A DNA stretch of 64,000 nucleotides. It comes from Malacoraja senta (Eukaryota). A program made the position numbers and the translations under genes. Shown piece by piece: positions 1 to 10,587 of the stretch (position 1 is the first letter of the stretch; each line of letters starts with the position of its first letter). The stretch is from the NCBI GenBank assembly GCA_038087875.1, contig CM075988.1, forward strand, positions 20,524,001 to 20,588,000. Direction: 5' to 3'. The notes under the pieces are model-generated. The model was not told the origin of the DNA, searched no databases, and saw only the letters and a list, made by a program, of their open reading frames with translations.

Positions 1-504
1 GGACTATTCTCACTGAAGGATCACATTTTGCTTGGTAATTTTTAACATATGGCGTTGCACCCCCTCAGAGAGGCAATTGCTCTTTACAGGGTCAATGCCA
101 TTTCTTGGTTCTCCCATGAAGTGCTATTATCAAGTGTTATTATATTTTGATGTCACTCCAATCCATTGGAATCATCAATTATTTAAGATAACTGGTTTTG
201 ACCTTTCACCAGTTCTAAACCTACGGACTCCAAGTTCGGAGTTTGTGCCAGTATAATTTTAGCCCGTGGTGAATCGATGAAGACATGATTATGCAAGATC
301 AGATCAGCATAGAGTGGAACGTGTTATGGTTGTGTTGCAGATATTCCCTTTGTGAAGGGAAATGTGGTGGGATACTCCCAGTGCAGAGCATTTGAATGCC
401 TGATCCACTCACTCTGCAGAAGTGTTAGCTGTGATTTGATTGCTATACTCAGCAGGAAATCCATTAATTCCAATTGTACTCCTGGGGCACGAGCAGAAGA
501 GTCT

Positions 505-1220
505 AGGCTCATAGCTTCAGTGCTTTAATGAGGGAGTACTACGCTGTACAGGAGCCTGAAAACCGTGACCACTCCGTTCAAGAACAGCTTCTTCCCAGCA
601 ACTATCAGACTCTTAAACATTGCGCAATACCAAACTGAGCCACGAGTCCAAGTTTGCGTTTATTGTCACTTAACCAACTAAAGTACAGTGACATTTGTTA
701 AAGTCCTTCTATGGACTTGTGGCTGCACTACAGAGTTCAGTTTTATATTATTGTTACCTAGTATTATGATTATTGTATTGTTGATTATTACATATATTTC
801 CCTGTGTTATTACGTTTACAGCTTGTAAAGACGTAGCAGGTAAGAATGTCATTGTTCCGCTGTTGGTACAATTACAATGAAAGACTCTTGACTGCTGGAG
901 ATGTGATGTGAGATGTTAAGCAGAGCACCTTCTGCTCTCTCAGGTGGATGTAAACGATCTTAGGGCACAACCTGAGGAAGGGCTTGTGAACTGCCACTGG
1001 AGTTCAGTTACCATAATCAACAGATGTATTCATTTTTTAATAAGCTATTATATTACAAAATGACTGTGGAAGTTTTGATGGTCGATTGTCAGCATGGACT
1101 CTGGGATGAATGGCCCGTTTACATTCTGTATCACTTAAACTAAAACTTTCTCTGTGGAAACAGCAACTTAGCATTGGACTTCCAATGGTTGTGAATGCTG
1201 CAAAAGGAATGCAAATTGAT
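505..1220 (+). mobile_element. Degraded Deu-domain SINE (AmnSINE/SacSINE-like), split by younger insertions
   Basis: Diagnostic-looking blocks 'tgagggagtactacgctg' (~528-545) and 'gatgttaagcagag..ctgctctctcaggtggatgtaaacgatc' (~912-960) resemble the Deu core as I recall it. A Rex1 fragment interrupts it at 549-891. Boundaries approximate. Confidence 0.5.
549..891 (+). mobile_element. Rex1/Babar-like LINE 3' fragment
   Basis: 'aggagcctgaaaaccgtgaccactccgttcaagaacagcttcttcccagcaactatcagactcttaaac' encodes RSLKT..FKNSFFP..IRLLN, matching the C-terminus of the Rex1 ORF at 16416-17729. Ends in a 'gactcttgact' tail. Confidence 0.7.
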
Positions 1221-1238
1221 TTTTTTTTTCAATGAATT

Positions 1239-2115
1239 GTAATTAATTTGTAATTAATTTATTAGCCAAGTATGTAAACATACAAGGAATTTGATTTGCC
1301 AACAGTCATACAAAAAGCAACAAGATGTATAACCACATAAAAATTAAACATAGACTTAAACAGCCACCACAATGGCATGTGCGAATCCCCAGGGCGCACA
1401 GCATAAGCGGAGACCCACAGCCGTCAGTTCAATGTCCGAGCCACACAATCGCCCCTTCACCGTGATGTGACCAGAGTTGTACTGACCGCTGTCACTCTGC
1501 AGTCCCTGTCAGCCCAAACAGTCAGAAAGCCGTCCACACGCGCACTACACTCATGGAGATATGTCCCTGTAAAACACCGAGATCACTGCACTCACGGCAC
1601 TCCCTCCGAGTCCTCTCCAGTGCAGGCAGCACGTCCATCTTGTTTTTTCGGCGACCTCACATTCCCCACTGTGATGGAAGGCAAGTAACTTATACCTTCT
1701 TTCCCCCTTTTCTCCCGCAGTCGGGGCGGTCGAAACTTCCGCATTCTGGGATTGAATCTCCCGCAGTTGGCGATCGAAGCTCCTGCATCGGGGCGATAAA
1801 AGCTCCCGCGATCGGGGCGCTCGAAGTTCCTGCGGTTGGAGCTCCCGCAGTCGATCACTAACAAAAGGACCGCCTGCTCCACGATGTTAAAGCTGCAGTG
1901 CAGACGGACATACGATGGAAAAGTCGCACCTCCGTTGAGGAAAGAGATTAAAAAGATTTCCCCCAACCCCCCCTCCCCCACCTCCACCCCCACATAATAC
2001 AAAAACTAAAGGTACATTAAAAACATACAAGTAAACACAGACCAAAACAGCAAAAGAAGAAAAAGACGAGACAGGCTGTTGGCACGGCTGCCATGTACAG
2101 CGCCACCTAGCTGGC
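1239..2115 (-). mobile_element. Internally deleted (bipartite) non-autonomous Rex1-like retroelement: 5' UTR + APE N-terminus remnant + 3' tail
   Basis: Minus strand reads YLPSITVGNVRS..KMD, RECS, VDGFLTVWADRD and DIELTAVGLR (decayed Rex1 endonuclease start). It ends with 'caaattccttgtatgtttacatacttggctaataaa' plus a repeat tail. Flanked by CAATGA(A/G)TT at 1230-1238 and 2116-2124. Confidence 0.7.
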
Positions 2116-2270
2116 CAATGAGTTCATTGTTCCATTCCTAGTAGATAAGACAATTAAATAGTCCTGAATAAAATAAATTTCTAATCTGTAACCAGATATT
2201 ATTGAAGTTCTTGCTGCTGGTGATCACGACAGAGACATTAGTTCTATTGGAATCAGTATTCCAATGCTGA

Positions 2271-2560
2271 CACGGTGACACAGCAGTAGAGTTGCTGCCT
2301 TACAGCGCCAGAGACCCAGGTTCGATCCTGACTACGTGTGTTGTCTACACGGAGTTTCATTTTCTCCCTGTGACCAGGTAGGTTTTCTCCGGGTGATTGG
2401 GTTTCCTTTCAAACGTACAGGTTTGTAGGTTAATTGGCTTTGGTAAAATTGTTAAATTGTCCCAAGTGTGTGGGATACCATTAGTGTGTGGGTCGGCGCA
2501 GACTCGATGGGCCGATCGGCCTGTTTCATCACTGCACCACAAAGTCTAAAAATGTCTAAA
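2271..2560 (+). mobile_element. tRNA-derived V-SINE (HE1-like)
   Basis: tRNA-like head with B-box 'ggttcgatcc', V-domain 'ggagttt..ttctccctgtgacc..ggttttctccgggtg', and CR1-like tail 'gggccgatcggcctgtttc'. Confidence 0.85.
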
Positions 2561-3449
2561 AATAGTTCACAAATTCTAAAACAAAAAAGGCATATGAAAA
2601 GATTCCAAAATATAAGGCATATGAAAATATTTCCTCCACTCTTGAAACCCCTTGGCTTCAAAATCCCATGAAATCTCTCCCCATCAGCATTGAGCTGCCA
2701 TGATGGGCCGGTGTTTGTTATATGGAAAGTGGGGCTTTGAGCTTCCCAAATATCTGTGGACAGTTATGATTCATGAGAAAATAGTGGAAGACAATCCCCT
2801 TGGAGTTGTCTCTTTGCTAACAAGAAAAAGATTTCAGTTTAGTCCTGCAGTTGGTGTGAGGTCCAAATGCTATAAGGCAATGTCTTGGTGGAGGTTTCAA
2901 ACTCTCTGTTCCATTGCGATCCCTTGTCGGACCATCAGCCTAGCTTCCTAATCATATTACTGGAGGTGAGCCAACGCATGTTACAGTCACCTCTTTGGTT
3001 CAACATTATGGGCCACAGCACACGAGCAATGAAGAGTGACGAATTACTCCCTGTTGTCCGCGTTTGTTCCCATTCTCTTCCCATTCTCTTCCCACAATCC
3101 TTCCCATTGATTTATCGAGGGAAGCTGCGACATTCGCTAAAACAGACCAATTATGATGTTGAATGCAAGTGTTGTTTCGGGTTACGAGCGTTCTAAGTTG
3201 AAGAATAGATTTTGTTTTCTAATGCATTTTCAAAAAAGAACCTCCGGTCTCGAAGGAGAGCCAGCGATTAGAACGTGCTTTATTCAAATCAGATGTCTGA
3301 TTTTTAAACGCATTGTTTAGTGTTGGGAGGTTCAATTTGAGCACTGGAAGAAAATACCAAGAATGGAGTTATATTTGGAATCTTCCAAGCACAGGGGGGT
3401 GGGGGTTGAAACATACACAAGGGCCATCGAGAAGAGTCTGCAACAAAAA

Positions 3450-3655
3450 AACATAGTACAGGAGGAACCTAGTGGGTCAGGCAGCATCTGGGGATTGAAA
3501 TGGACTATGTTTCTTATCAGGAGCCTTCTTCAGATTGATTGTAATTAGTCTGAAGAAGGGTCCATACTCAAAATATCACGCATTCGTGTCCTCTTGACCC
3601 ACTGAGCTTCTCCAGCACTGTGTCTATTTTTGTAAACCATCATCTGCAGTCCCTT
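3450..3655. mobile_element. Degenerate palindromic PLE pseudo-LTR unit
   Basis: Inverted arms around 'cttcttcagattgattgtaattagtctgaagaaggg'. Same family as 43845-44063. Confidence 0.65.
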
Positions 3656-4934
3656 GTACCGCCATGAATACTGGATGGTGTTTATTCTAGACTATAATCA
3701 CCATGCTATGAGGAATCAGTCCCTTCCATCCATTCTAAGCTACTCATAACTTCATACTTCTCAATTAAATCTCCCATCTTCTGTACTGGCAGAAATGACA
3801 TTAAGCTACACTATCTCACTGTACAACTCCAGCCCAGGCCTTATCCTACCTTGCTCCTTCTGTAATGTGGTAAATAGAACAGTTCACAAGCGATAACCCA
3901 ACCAATCTCTCATACAATTCCAGCTCAACCTCTTTGTTTCTGTATTCTGGATCTTGGCTAATAAAGTTAACAATCTAATTTGTCTTTCTCAGCCATATTC
4001 ATTTCCTTTGGGATTTGTGGACATTATAGTTTCCAGCAACCGTATATGGTGCAAGCTATCCCATCTCTAGAAGGAAGCTGGCTGCTCCATTAATATTGAT
4101 GTTCATTGCCAATTTTCTCGCTGCAGAGCCTGTGAAAGGGGCAGAGATCCCGAGGACAACCCAAATCTTTAAAAGGAGCAGGTGAACCAGAGGATTGCCA
4201 CAGACCAGAAGGAGGGCTCAACTCCCCATTGTTCCTCCCATTCACTTTGGATCCACTGTTGCTGGGAATGGTGGGCCCTCTTGATGGTGTGCCTGTGTCT
4301 CTGAGGGTCACCAGATGCCAGGGATATGGAGACAAGACTGATCTATGGCCAGGAAGCCCAAAACCCCAGCAACAGAAACCCCAAGGATAGAACCATTCTT
4401 CAAGGTCTATGTTCTGAGCCTAAGCCGTAGACCACGATGTTGTTGAGGACAGGTCCATCTCGATAAGATGGGAACAGAGCTGATGGTGAAGGTCCCATCA
4501 ATGCATGACATGAGTACACGGTATTGGTAAGCACAATAGACACAAAAAGCTGGAGACAGGCAGCATCTCTGGAGAGAAGGAATGGGTGACGTTTTGGGTC
4601 GAGACCCTTCTCAAATGCTGAGTTACTCCAGCATTTTGTGTCTACCTTTGATTTAAACCAGCATCTGCAGTTCCTACACATTGTTAAGCACAAACCTGTC
4701 AATGTACAACACCAGGATATGGATGGAGGCAGGACTGTCTTAGTAAAATGTGTACAATGCTGGTGGGAAGAGATTGGTCAATGTGTAGATTGTTGTGCCC
4801 TACTGATGATGATGGTATGTCACTGTACAACAATGATGCACCAACTACCAGTTTCAAAAAGTCTGAAGAAGTGTCCCACCCCCAAACGTCACCTATCTTT
4901 TTTCTCCAGAGATGCTGCCTGATCTATTGATTTA

Positions 4935-5554
4935 CTCCAGCACTTTGTGTCTGTCTACCAATTTCAAAGGGCTCATTTCAGGTGCTGGTTCAGGTGTAAT
5001 ATGCTGTGCATCGGTGTGATTTATCATGATCTTTGTCCAGCTTACTGGAGAAAAGCATTGACCACAAACCAGAGGCACTGATAATGAATCATGATAAATT
5101 GGCCTCTGTAAATTGCTTTCCGTGTGTAGTGAGTTGATGTGCAAGGAGGATAACATATAATTAATGTGAAAACAGGTGATCGATGGTCAGCGTGGCCATG
5201 GGTGGGCTGAAGTTCCTGTTTCCATGCTTTATCTCTAAACTAAACTAAACACTCCCGGATAAATCAAACCCTGCAAAATACCATGGCTATTAATGGTGGA
5301 CAGGGAGGAAACGTGTGCTGCCTGCCTTTGGGGTGTGGGAAATGGTTGCCTTCTAAGAGCAAAGCATGAACATCCAACTTTAGAAAGAATTGATGTACAT
5401 TTTCCAAATGACTCAGAGAGTCGGTTTTAATGTTCATCTCTGAGAAAAACCTCCAGGGAGTCATCTGTTGAAAATGGGCAATAAATTCACTGTCGTACAA
5501 CGAGAGTTCCAGGAATAGGTCTGAGCCTGCCTGTCTCCCTGTTGATGAATAAGA
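4935..5554 (+). repeat. 620-bp direct duplication, copy 1
   Basis: Matches 8389-9008 (offset 3454). I could see only two substitutions. Confidence 0.95.
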
Positions 5555-5662
5555 CCTACATGTGATCTTCCTCGATCTGGCCAATGCATTTGGTTCAGTT
5601 CCCCATGAACTCCTTTGGGAAACTTTTGCCTTTTTCCATGTACCAGAGCTCATCACCACCTT

Positions 5663-6228
5663 TATCTTTAGAGTTTAGAGATAAAGCATGACATAGTTGT
5701 AGAATAAGAGGGGGCTCTTTTAAAACTGAGATGAGGAAGAACTTCTTCACCCAGAGGGTGGTTAATTTATGGAATTCACTGCCCCAGGGAGCAGTGGAAG
5801 CAGAAACATTAAATATATTTAAGTCTAAAATAGATGGTTTTTTAGCTGCCAAGGGGATAAGGGGCTACGGGGAGAGGGCAGGGATATGGACCTAGGTATG
5901 GTTAGTATAGTAAGACCTGAGTGATCTCCTGGACAAGTGTCGATCGCCTGGATTGGGGTCGGAGAGGAATTTCCCGGATTTTTTTCCCGAATTGGACCTG
6001 GGTTTTTATCCGTTTTTTTGCCTCCCCCAGGAGATCACGCGGTTCTTGGGGTGGAGAGGGGTGATAGCGATATAAAGGGGAGGGTAGTGTCTTGTGTTCT
6101 GTGTCTTGTGTCTACTGTTTGTGGGTAAGGGTGTCTGTTTAGTGTTCAGCCATGAGCGAATGGCGGTGCGGGCTCGATGGGCCTGGTGGTCTACTCTCGC
6201 ACCTACTTTCTATGTTTCTATGTTTCTA
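5663..6228 (+). mobile_element. CR1-like LINE 3' fragment nested in the HERO-like RT
   Basis: Encodes FKTEMRKNFFTQRVVNLWNSLP, has a long 3' UTR, and ends in a (TTTCTATG)n tail. Confidence 0.85.
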
Positions 6229-6242
6229 TTGGCACAAGGGAC

Positions 6243-8111
6243 CACACAGCTGACTTCAGTACAACATGGCAGCGCTTGGAAGTAGGCATCATGGCAGGCT
6301 GCACAGTCTCACCCTTGGCCTTTACAATGGCCATGGAAGTCATCATCAGGGCCTCAAAATGGGTGGTGGGCGGTGAACGAACCAGGACTGGGCTCCGTCT
6401 GCCACCCATCAGGGCATACATGGACGACATGACAACACTAACCACTACTGCAACATGCACCAAGCGGCTACTTGGAAAGCTGCAGGAGAACATCAAGTGG
6501 GCCCGAATGAAAATCAAACCAAGTAAATCTTGAAGCATCTCCATAGTCAAGGGGGTGCTTAGAGACACAAGGTTCTGTATCGGTGACGACCCAATACCAA
6601 CAGTGTCTGAGCAGCCAGTTAAAAGCCTGGGAAGATGGTATAACGCAAGTCTCAAGGACATAGAGCAGGTGCAACAACTAAGGCCAGAAATTGTCAATGG
6701 ACTGGAGAACATCAATCAGACCCAACTGCCTGGGAAACTGAAGCTCTGGTGCCTACAGTTTGGACTCCTTCCTCGGACAATGTGGCCACTGACCGTTTAT
6801 GAAGCCCCAATAACAACTGTGGAGAAGATGGAGCGAACCATAACTTCATACGTGAAGAAATGGCTCGGTGTCCCACGATGTCTAACTAACATCGGCGTCT
6901 ATGGCAAAGGGGTCCTGGAACTACCTCTCACTAGTCTAACAGAGGAATATAAGTGTTCTAAAGTAAGACTCCAGATGACACTGAGGGACTCTAGAGACAA
7001 GATCATCAGTGCTGTTGCGCCGCCCCTAGCAACTGGCCGGAAGTGGACACCATCTGATGCAGTACAGCAAGCTTCATCAGCCCTGAGGCACAAAGACATA
7101 GTGGGGCAAGTCCAGCAGGGAAGAGGAGGCTTTGGCCTTACGACAAGTAAACCAACTTGGCGAAAGGCCGCAACATCAGAGCGGAGGACGTTGGTGGTTG
7201 AGGAGGTGCGGCGACAGGAGGAGGCTGCAAGAAGTGCAAAGGCGGTCTCTCTTGCCAAGCAGGGGCAATGGATGCAGTGGGAAGGTGTGGAGCGGAGGAA
7301 GATCAGCTGGAAAGAACTATGGGAAATGGAAGCAAGCAAGATCAGCTTCATCATCAGAGCGACATATGACGTGCTTCCATCACCAAAGAACCTCCATCAG
7401 TGGTACGGCGAGGATCCAACCTGTGCCATCTGCCCAACTCCAGCGACCCTCAAACACATCATGGTAGGCTGCAAGACCAGCCTCACGCAAGGGAGATACA
7501 CGTGGCGGCATAATCAGGTACTAAAAAGCCTGGCATCAGCCCTTGAGAACAGGCGGTGTGCGACCAACTCCTTGCCTCCGAGAGCAAGCAACCCCCCTCC
7601 CCTAAGGGTAACAACCTTTGTCCGAGAAGGACAGAAAACTTCTAAACTTCCTTCCACCAGATCAGAAGAAGGAAGCCAATGCAGGGCCCGTGACTGGAGG
7701 ATGCTGGCGGACATCGGCCGACAACTAATTTTTCCACCTGAAATTGCTTCCACCAACCTCAGGCCAGACTTGATGTTCTGGTCCCCTTCACAGAAGACTG
7801 CTTACATCATAGAGCTCACAGTTCCATGGGAGAACTCTGTTGAGGAGGCCTATGAGCGTAAGAAGCTGCGCTACGCAGAGCTTGCAGCAGAGGCAACGCA
7901 GCGTGGCTGGAACACCAAAGTCTATCCAGTTGAAGTGGGATGCAGAGGATTTGTTGCGTCATCTACGATCAGACTGCTGAAGGAGCTTGGAATCCACGGT
8001 CAGGCTCTGCGGAAGACCATAAGATCACTCTCAGAGGCGGCTGAAAGAAGCAGCCGGTGGATTTGGCTCAAGCGGAAAGACCCATGCTGGGCCCCAAGTA
8101 TGTCGGGGTGA
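6243..8111 (+). pseudogene. RT C-terminal half + CCHC + restriction-like endonuclease ORF of the HERO-like element
   Basis: ORFs 6177-6533 and 6555-8111 are in the same frame, separated by one TGA at 6531-6533 (KPSKS*SISIVKG). This is consistent with a CGA>TGA CpG transition. Confidence 0.9.
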
Positions 8112-8170
8112 ATCTTTGGGACGGTTTGACACGGGACATGCGCTGAGGGTTGATCATCCTGCAGCGGGCC

Positions 8171-8247
8171 GCCCTTGTGGAGGGTGTATAGTGTTAAAAG
8201 GCCGAAACACCCAGTGATGCAAGGGTACACTACTGATGATGTGTCCT
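8171..8247 (+). ncRNA. Candidate strand-rearranged hammerhead ribozyme in the HERO-like 3' UTR
   Basis: Stem III GGGUGU 8182-8187/ACACCC 8207-8212. GUA cleavage triplet 8186-8188. Stem I UAGUGU 8189-8194/ACACUA 8227-8232. CUGAUGA 8233-8239 and GAAA 8204-8207. Extra helix 8171-8178/8219-8226. Stem II is imperfect. Confidence 0.7.
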
Positions 8248-8388
8248 GTGCCCAACTGTCCTGAAGGTTACCCCCCCCCCCCCGATGTTGAGCGTCTACC
8301 ACTCTCAACAATCAACGAATGTCGTGAAATGCTCCCCACCTATTGGCACAAGGGACTTCTTAACATCTTGTCCTGTGTATTTGATTCT

Positions 8389-9008
8389 CTCCAGCACTTT
8401 GTGTCTGTCTACCAATTTCAAAGGGCTCATTTCAGGTGCTGGTACAGGTGTAATATGCTGTGCATCGGTGTGATTTATCATGATCTTTGTCCAGCTTACT
8501 GGAGAAAAGCATTGACCACAAACCAGAGGCACTGATAATGAATCATGATAAATTGGCCTCTGTAAATTGCTTTCCGTGTGTAGTGAGTTGATGTGCAAGG
8601 AGGATAACATATAATTAATGTGAAAACAGGTGATCGATGGTCAGCGTGGCCACGGGTGGGCTGAAGTTCCTGTTTCCATGCTTTATCTCTAAACTAAACT
8701 AAACACTCCCGGATAAATCAAACCCTGCAAAATACCATGGCTATTAATGGTGGACAGGGAGGAAACGTGTGCTGCCTGCCTTTGGGGTGTGGGAAATGGT
8801 TGCCTTCTAAGAGCAAAGCATGAACATCCAACTTTAGAAAGAATTGATGTACATTTTCCAAATGACTCAGAGAGTCGGTTTTAATGTTCATCTCTGAGAA
8901 AAACCTCCAGGGAGTCATCTGTTGAAAATGGGCAATAAATTCACTGTCGTACAACGAGAGTTCCAGGAATAGGTCTGAGCCTGCCTGTCTCCCTGTTGAT
9001 GAATAAGA
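8389..9008 (+). repeat. 620-bp direct duplication, copy 2
   Basis: Matches 4935-5554. Confidence 0.95.
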
Positions 9009-9200
9009 AGATAAAAATATTTATTGAGCTAATAACAAAGACCCTCTGATCGTTCACCTTAATCAACAGGTGCCTCCAGTGCTTTTTTTTTGTAAACAAT
9101 AAAGTAAAATATCAATTAAAAATAAAACTACACTTAACAATTTTGTTCCCATTAATATAGTCCCTCTTCTGTTTAGATTTTGTGACCAATCAACTTATAA

Positions 9201-9686
9201 TCTATATTACTAAAAGTAAGATATTGACCGCTTTTGACTCACTGCGATGTGATTTCCGAGAGAACGCCGCCACTTACGGCCGTAATTTTTGGCCACCTCG
9301 CTCAGAGCCCCCCTCCGCCAGACTGGACTGGAGGATTTTTCCCATCGATGAAAAATCTGAGAGATATTAATGTTTTTAAAATTGTCACCATTCTCTCTGT
9401 TGCCCCCCTGGCGGCAGGGGGGAGGGACTATAAAACCCGGAAGTGTGGTGGCTCACTCAGAGGGTGACGTCAAGATGGCGCCGAGTGGAGGCGCCATTGA
9501 ATAATTCAGGAGAGCTGCTCTGTCTATGGTGAGTGTGTTTGTTGGATGTTATTTAAAGCACGTTTTTGCTTCAGCACCAGCAGCCTTTACAGGAGTCTTT
9601 AAACATTCATTTTACGCACTGTATATTCAACATGTTCTGAAGTTACTTGGCATTTTAGTATTGGGTGAGTGTGTGTGAGTGAATGA

Positions 9687-9723
<37 letters not shown>

Positions 9724-10587
9724 AGTGTGTGTGTGTGTGAATGAGTCTGTGTGTGTGTGTGAATGAGTCTGTGTGTGTGTGTAGGTGTGTGTGTGTGTGA
9801 ATGAGTCTGTGTGTGAATGAGTCTGTGTGTGTGTGAATGAGTCTGTGTGTGTGTGTGTGAATGAGTCTCTGTGTGTGTGTGTATGTGTGAATGAGTCTGT
9901 GTGTGTATGTGTGTGTGTGAATGAGTCTGTGTGTGTGAATGAGTCTGTGTGTGTGAGACTGAGTCTGTGTGTGTGTGTGTGTCTGTTTGAGTGAGTCTGT
10001 GTGTATGTGTGTGTGTGTGAATGAGTCAGTGTGTGTGTGAATGAGTCTGTGTGAATGAGTCTGTGTGTGTGTGTGTGTGAATGACAAGGAGCAGAGTGGG
10101 GGGGGGGTGAAGGGAGGGGTGAAGGGAGGAGGGGTGATTGAGTGAACTGCCAGTGTACCAGGCGTGAGTGACTGCACTGCCAGCCCATGAGCCGTGAGTA
10201 AGTGAAATGTCAGCCCACCAGCCGTAAGTGACTGAACTGCCAGCCCAATAATCCATTCAGTCCACCCTCTCCCCCTTCTCTCTCTCACAGTCTGTCACCT
10301 GTTTTGGGCAGAATTCTCAGCTGCCAGCCTGCCAGGTTGGAGTGACTGTACTGCCAGGCCTCAGTGACTGAGCTGCCAGCCCAAGAATCCATTCGGCCCA
10401 CAATGTCTATACTAGCCCTCTGGAAACCAGTACCTTCGGCCCACAACACCCATACTAGCACAACAGAAAGCCCCCCCCCCCCCCACACTGGCGAGCAATA
10501 TTGGAATTGGTGGAGAGGTGGAATATTGCGTTGGGTGACAAGCCCTCCCGTGTGATGCTGGGACCCAACGGGTCCCACTTAGTCTAG
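9201..10587 (+). mobile_element. Non-autonomous Helitron
   Basis: 5' TC start after a host A (9200). Subterminal hairpin TGGGACCC-AAC-GGGTCCCA (10559-10577). 3' CTAG (10584-10587) followed by a host T. No TSD. 5' end shared with the element at 24307. Confidence 0.85.
9665..10082. repeat. Compound (TG)n / GAATGAGTC microsatellite inside the Helitron
   Basis: TG runs of variable length punctuated by GAATGAGTC. Confidence 0.95.

Larger units (their letters stand above)
5553..8339 (+). mobile_element. 5'-truncated HERO-like (R2 group, RLE-type) non-LTR retrotransposon, interrupted by a CR1 fragment
   Basis: RT motifs DLHVIFLDLANAFGSVPH (5553-), GIMAGCTVSP and YMDD (6243-6533). Zinc knuckle CAIC..H....C. 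RLE motifs RHN, RPDL, IIELTVPWE, KKLRY and PVEVGCRG (6555-8111). Confidence 0.9.

Noticed and set aside
2096..2117. CTCF-like motif (CAGCTAGGTGGCGC on the minus strand)
   Set aside because: Imperfect match at a repeat boundary; not supportable without ChIP data.
2271..2340. tRNA gene
   Set aside because: tRNA-like A/B boxes are the head of a multi-copy V-SINE; no complete cloverleaf.
4110..4500. Possible host exon after 'ttttctcgctgcag'
   Set aside because: No sustained open frame, recognisable protein motif or matching donor that I can support.
4935..9008. LTR retrotransposon (two 620-bp direct repeats around an RT)
   Set aside because: The repeats lack TG...CA ends, PBS and PPT and begin inside another repeat; the enclosed protein is a non-LTR RT with RLE.
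9599..10288. His/Thr-rich ORFs of 177-229 aa
   Set aside because: Translation of a (CA)n compound microsatellite.
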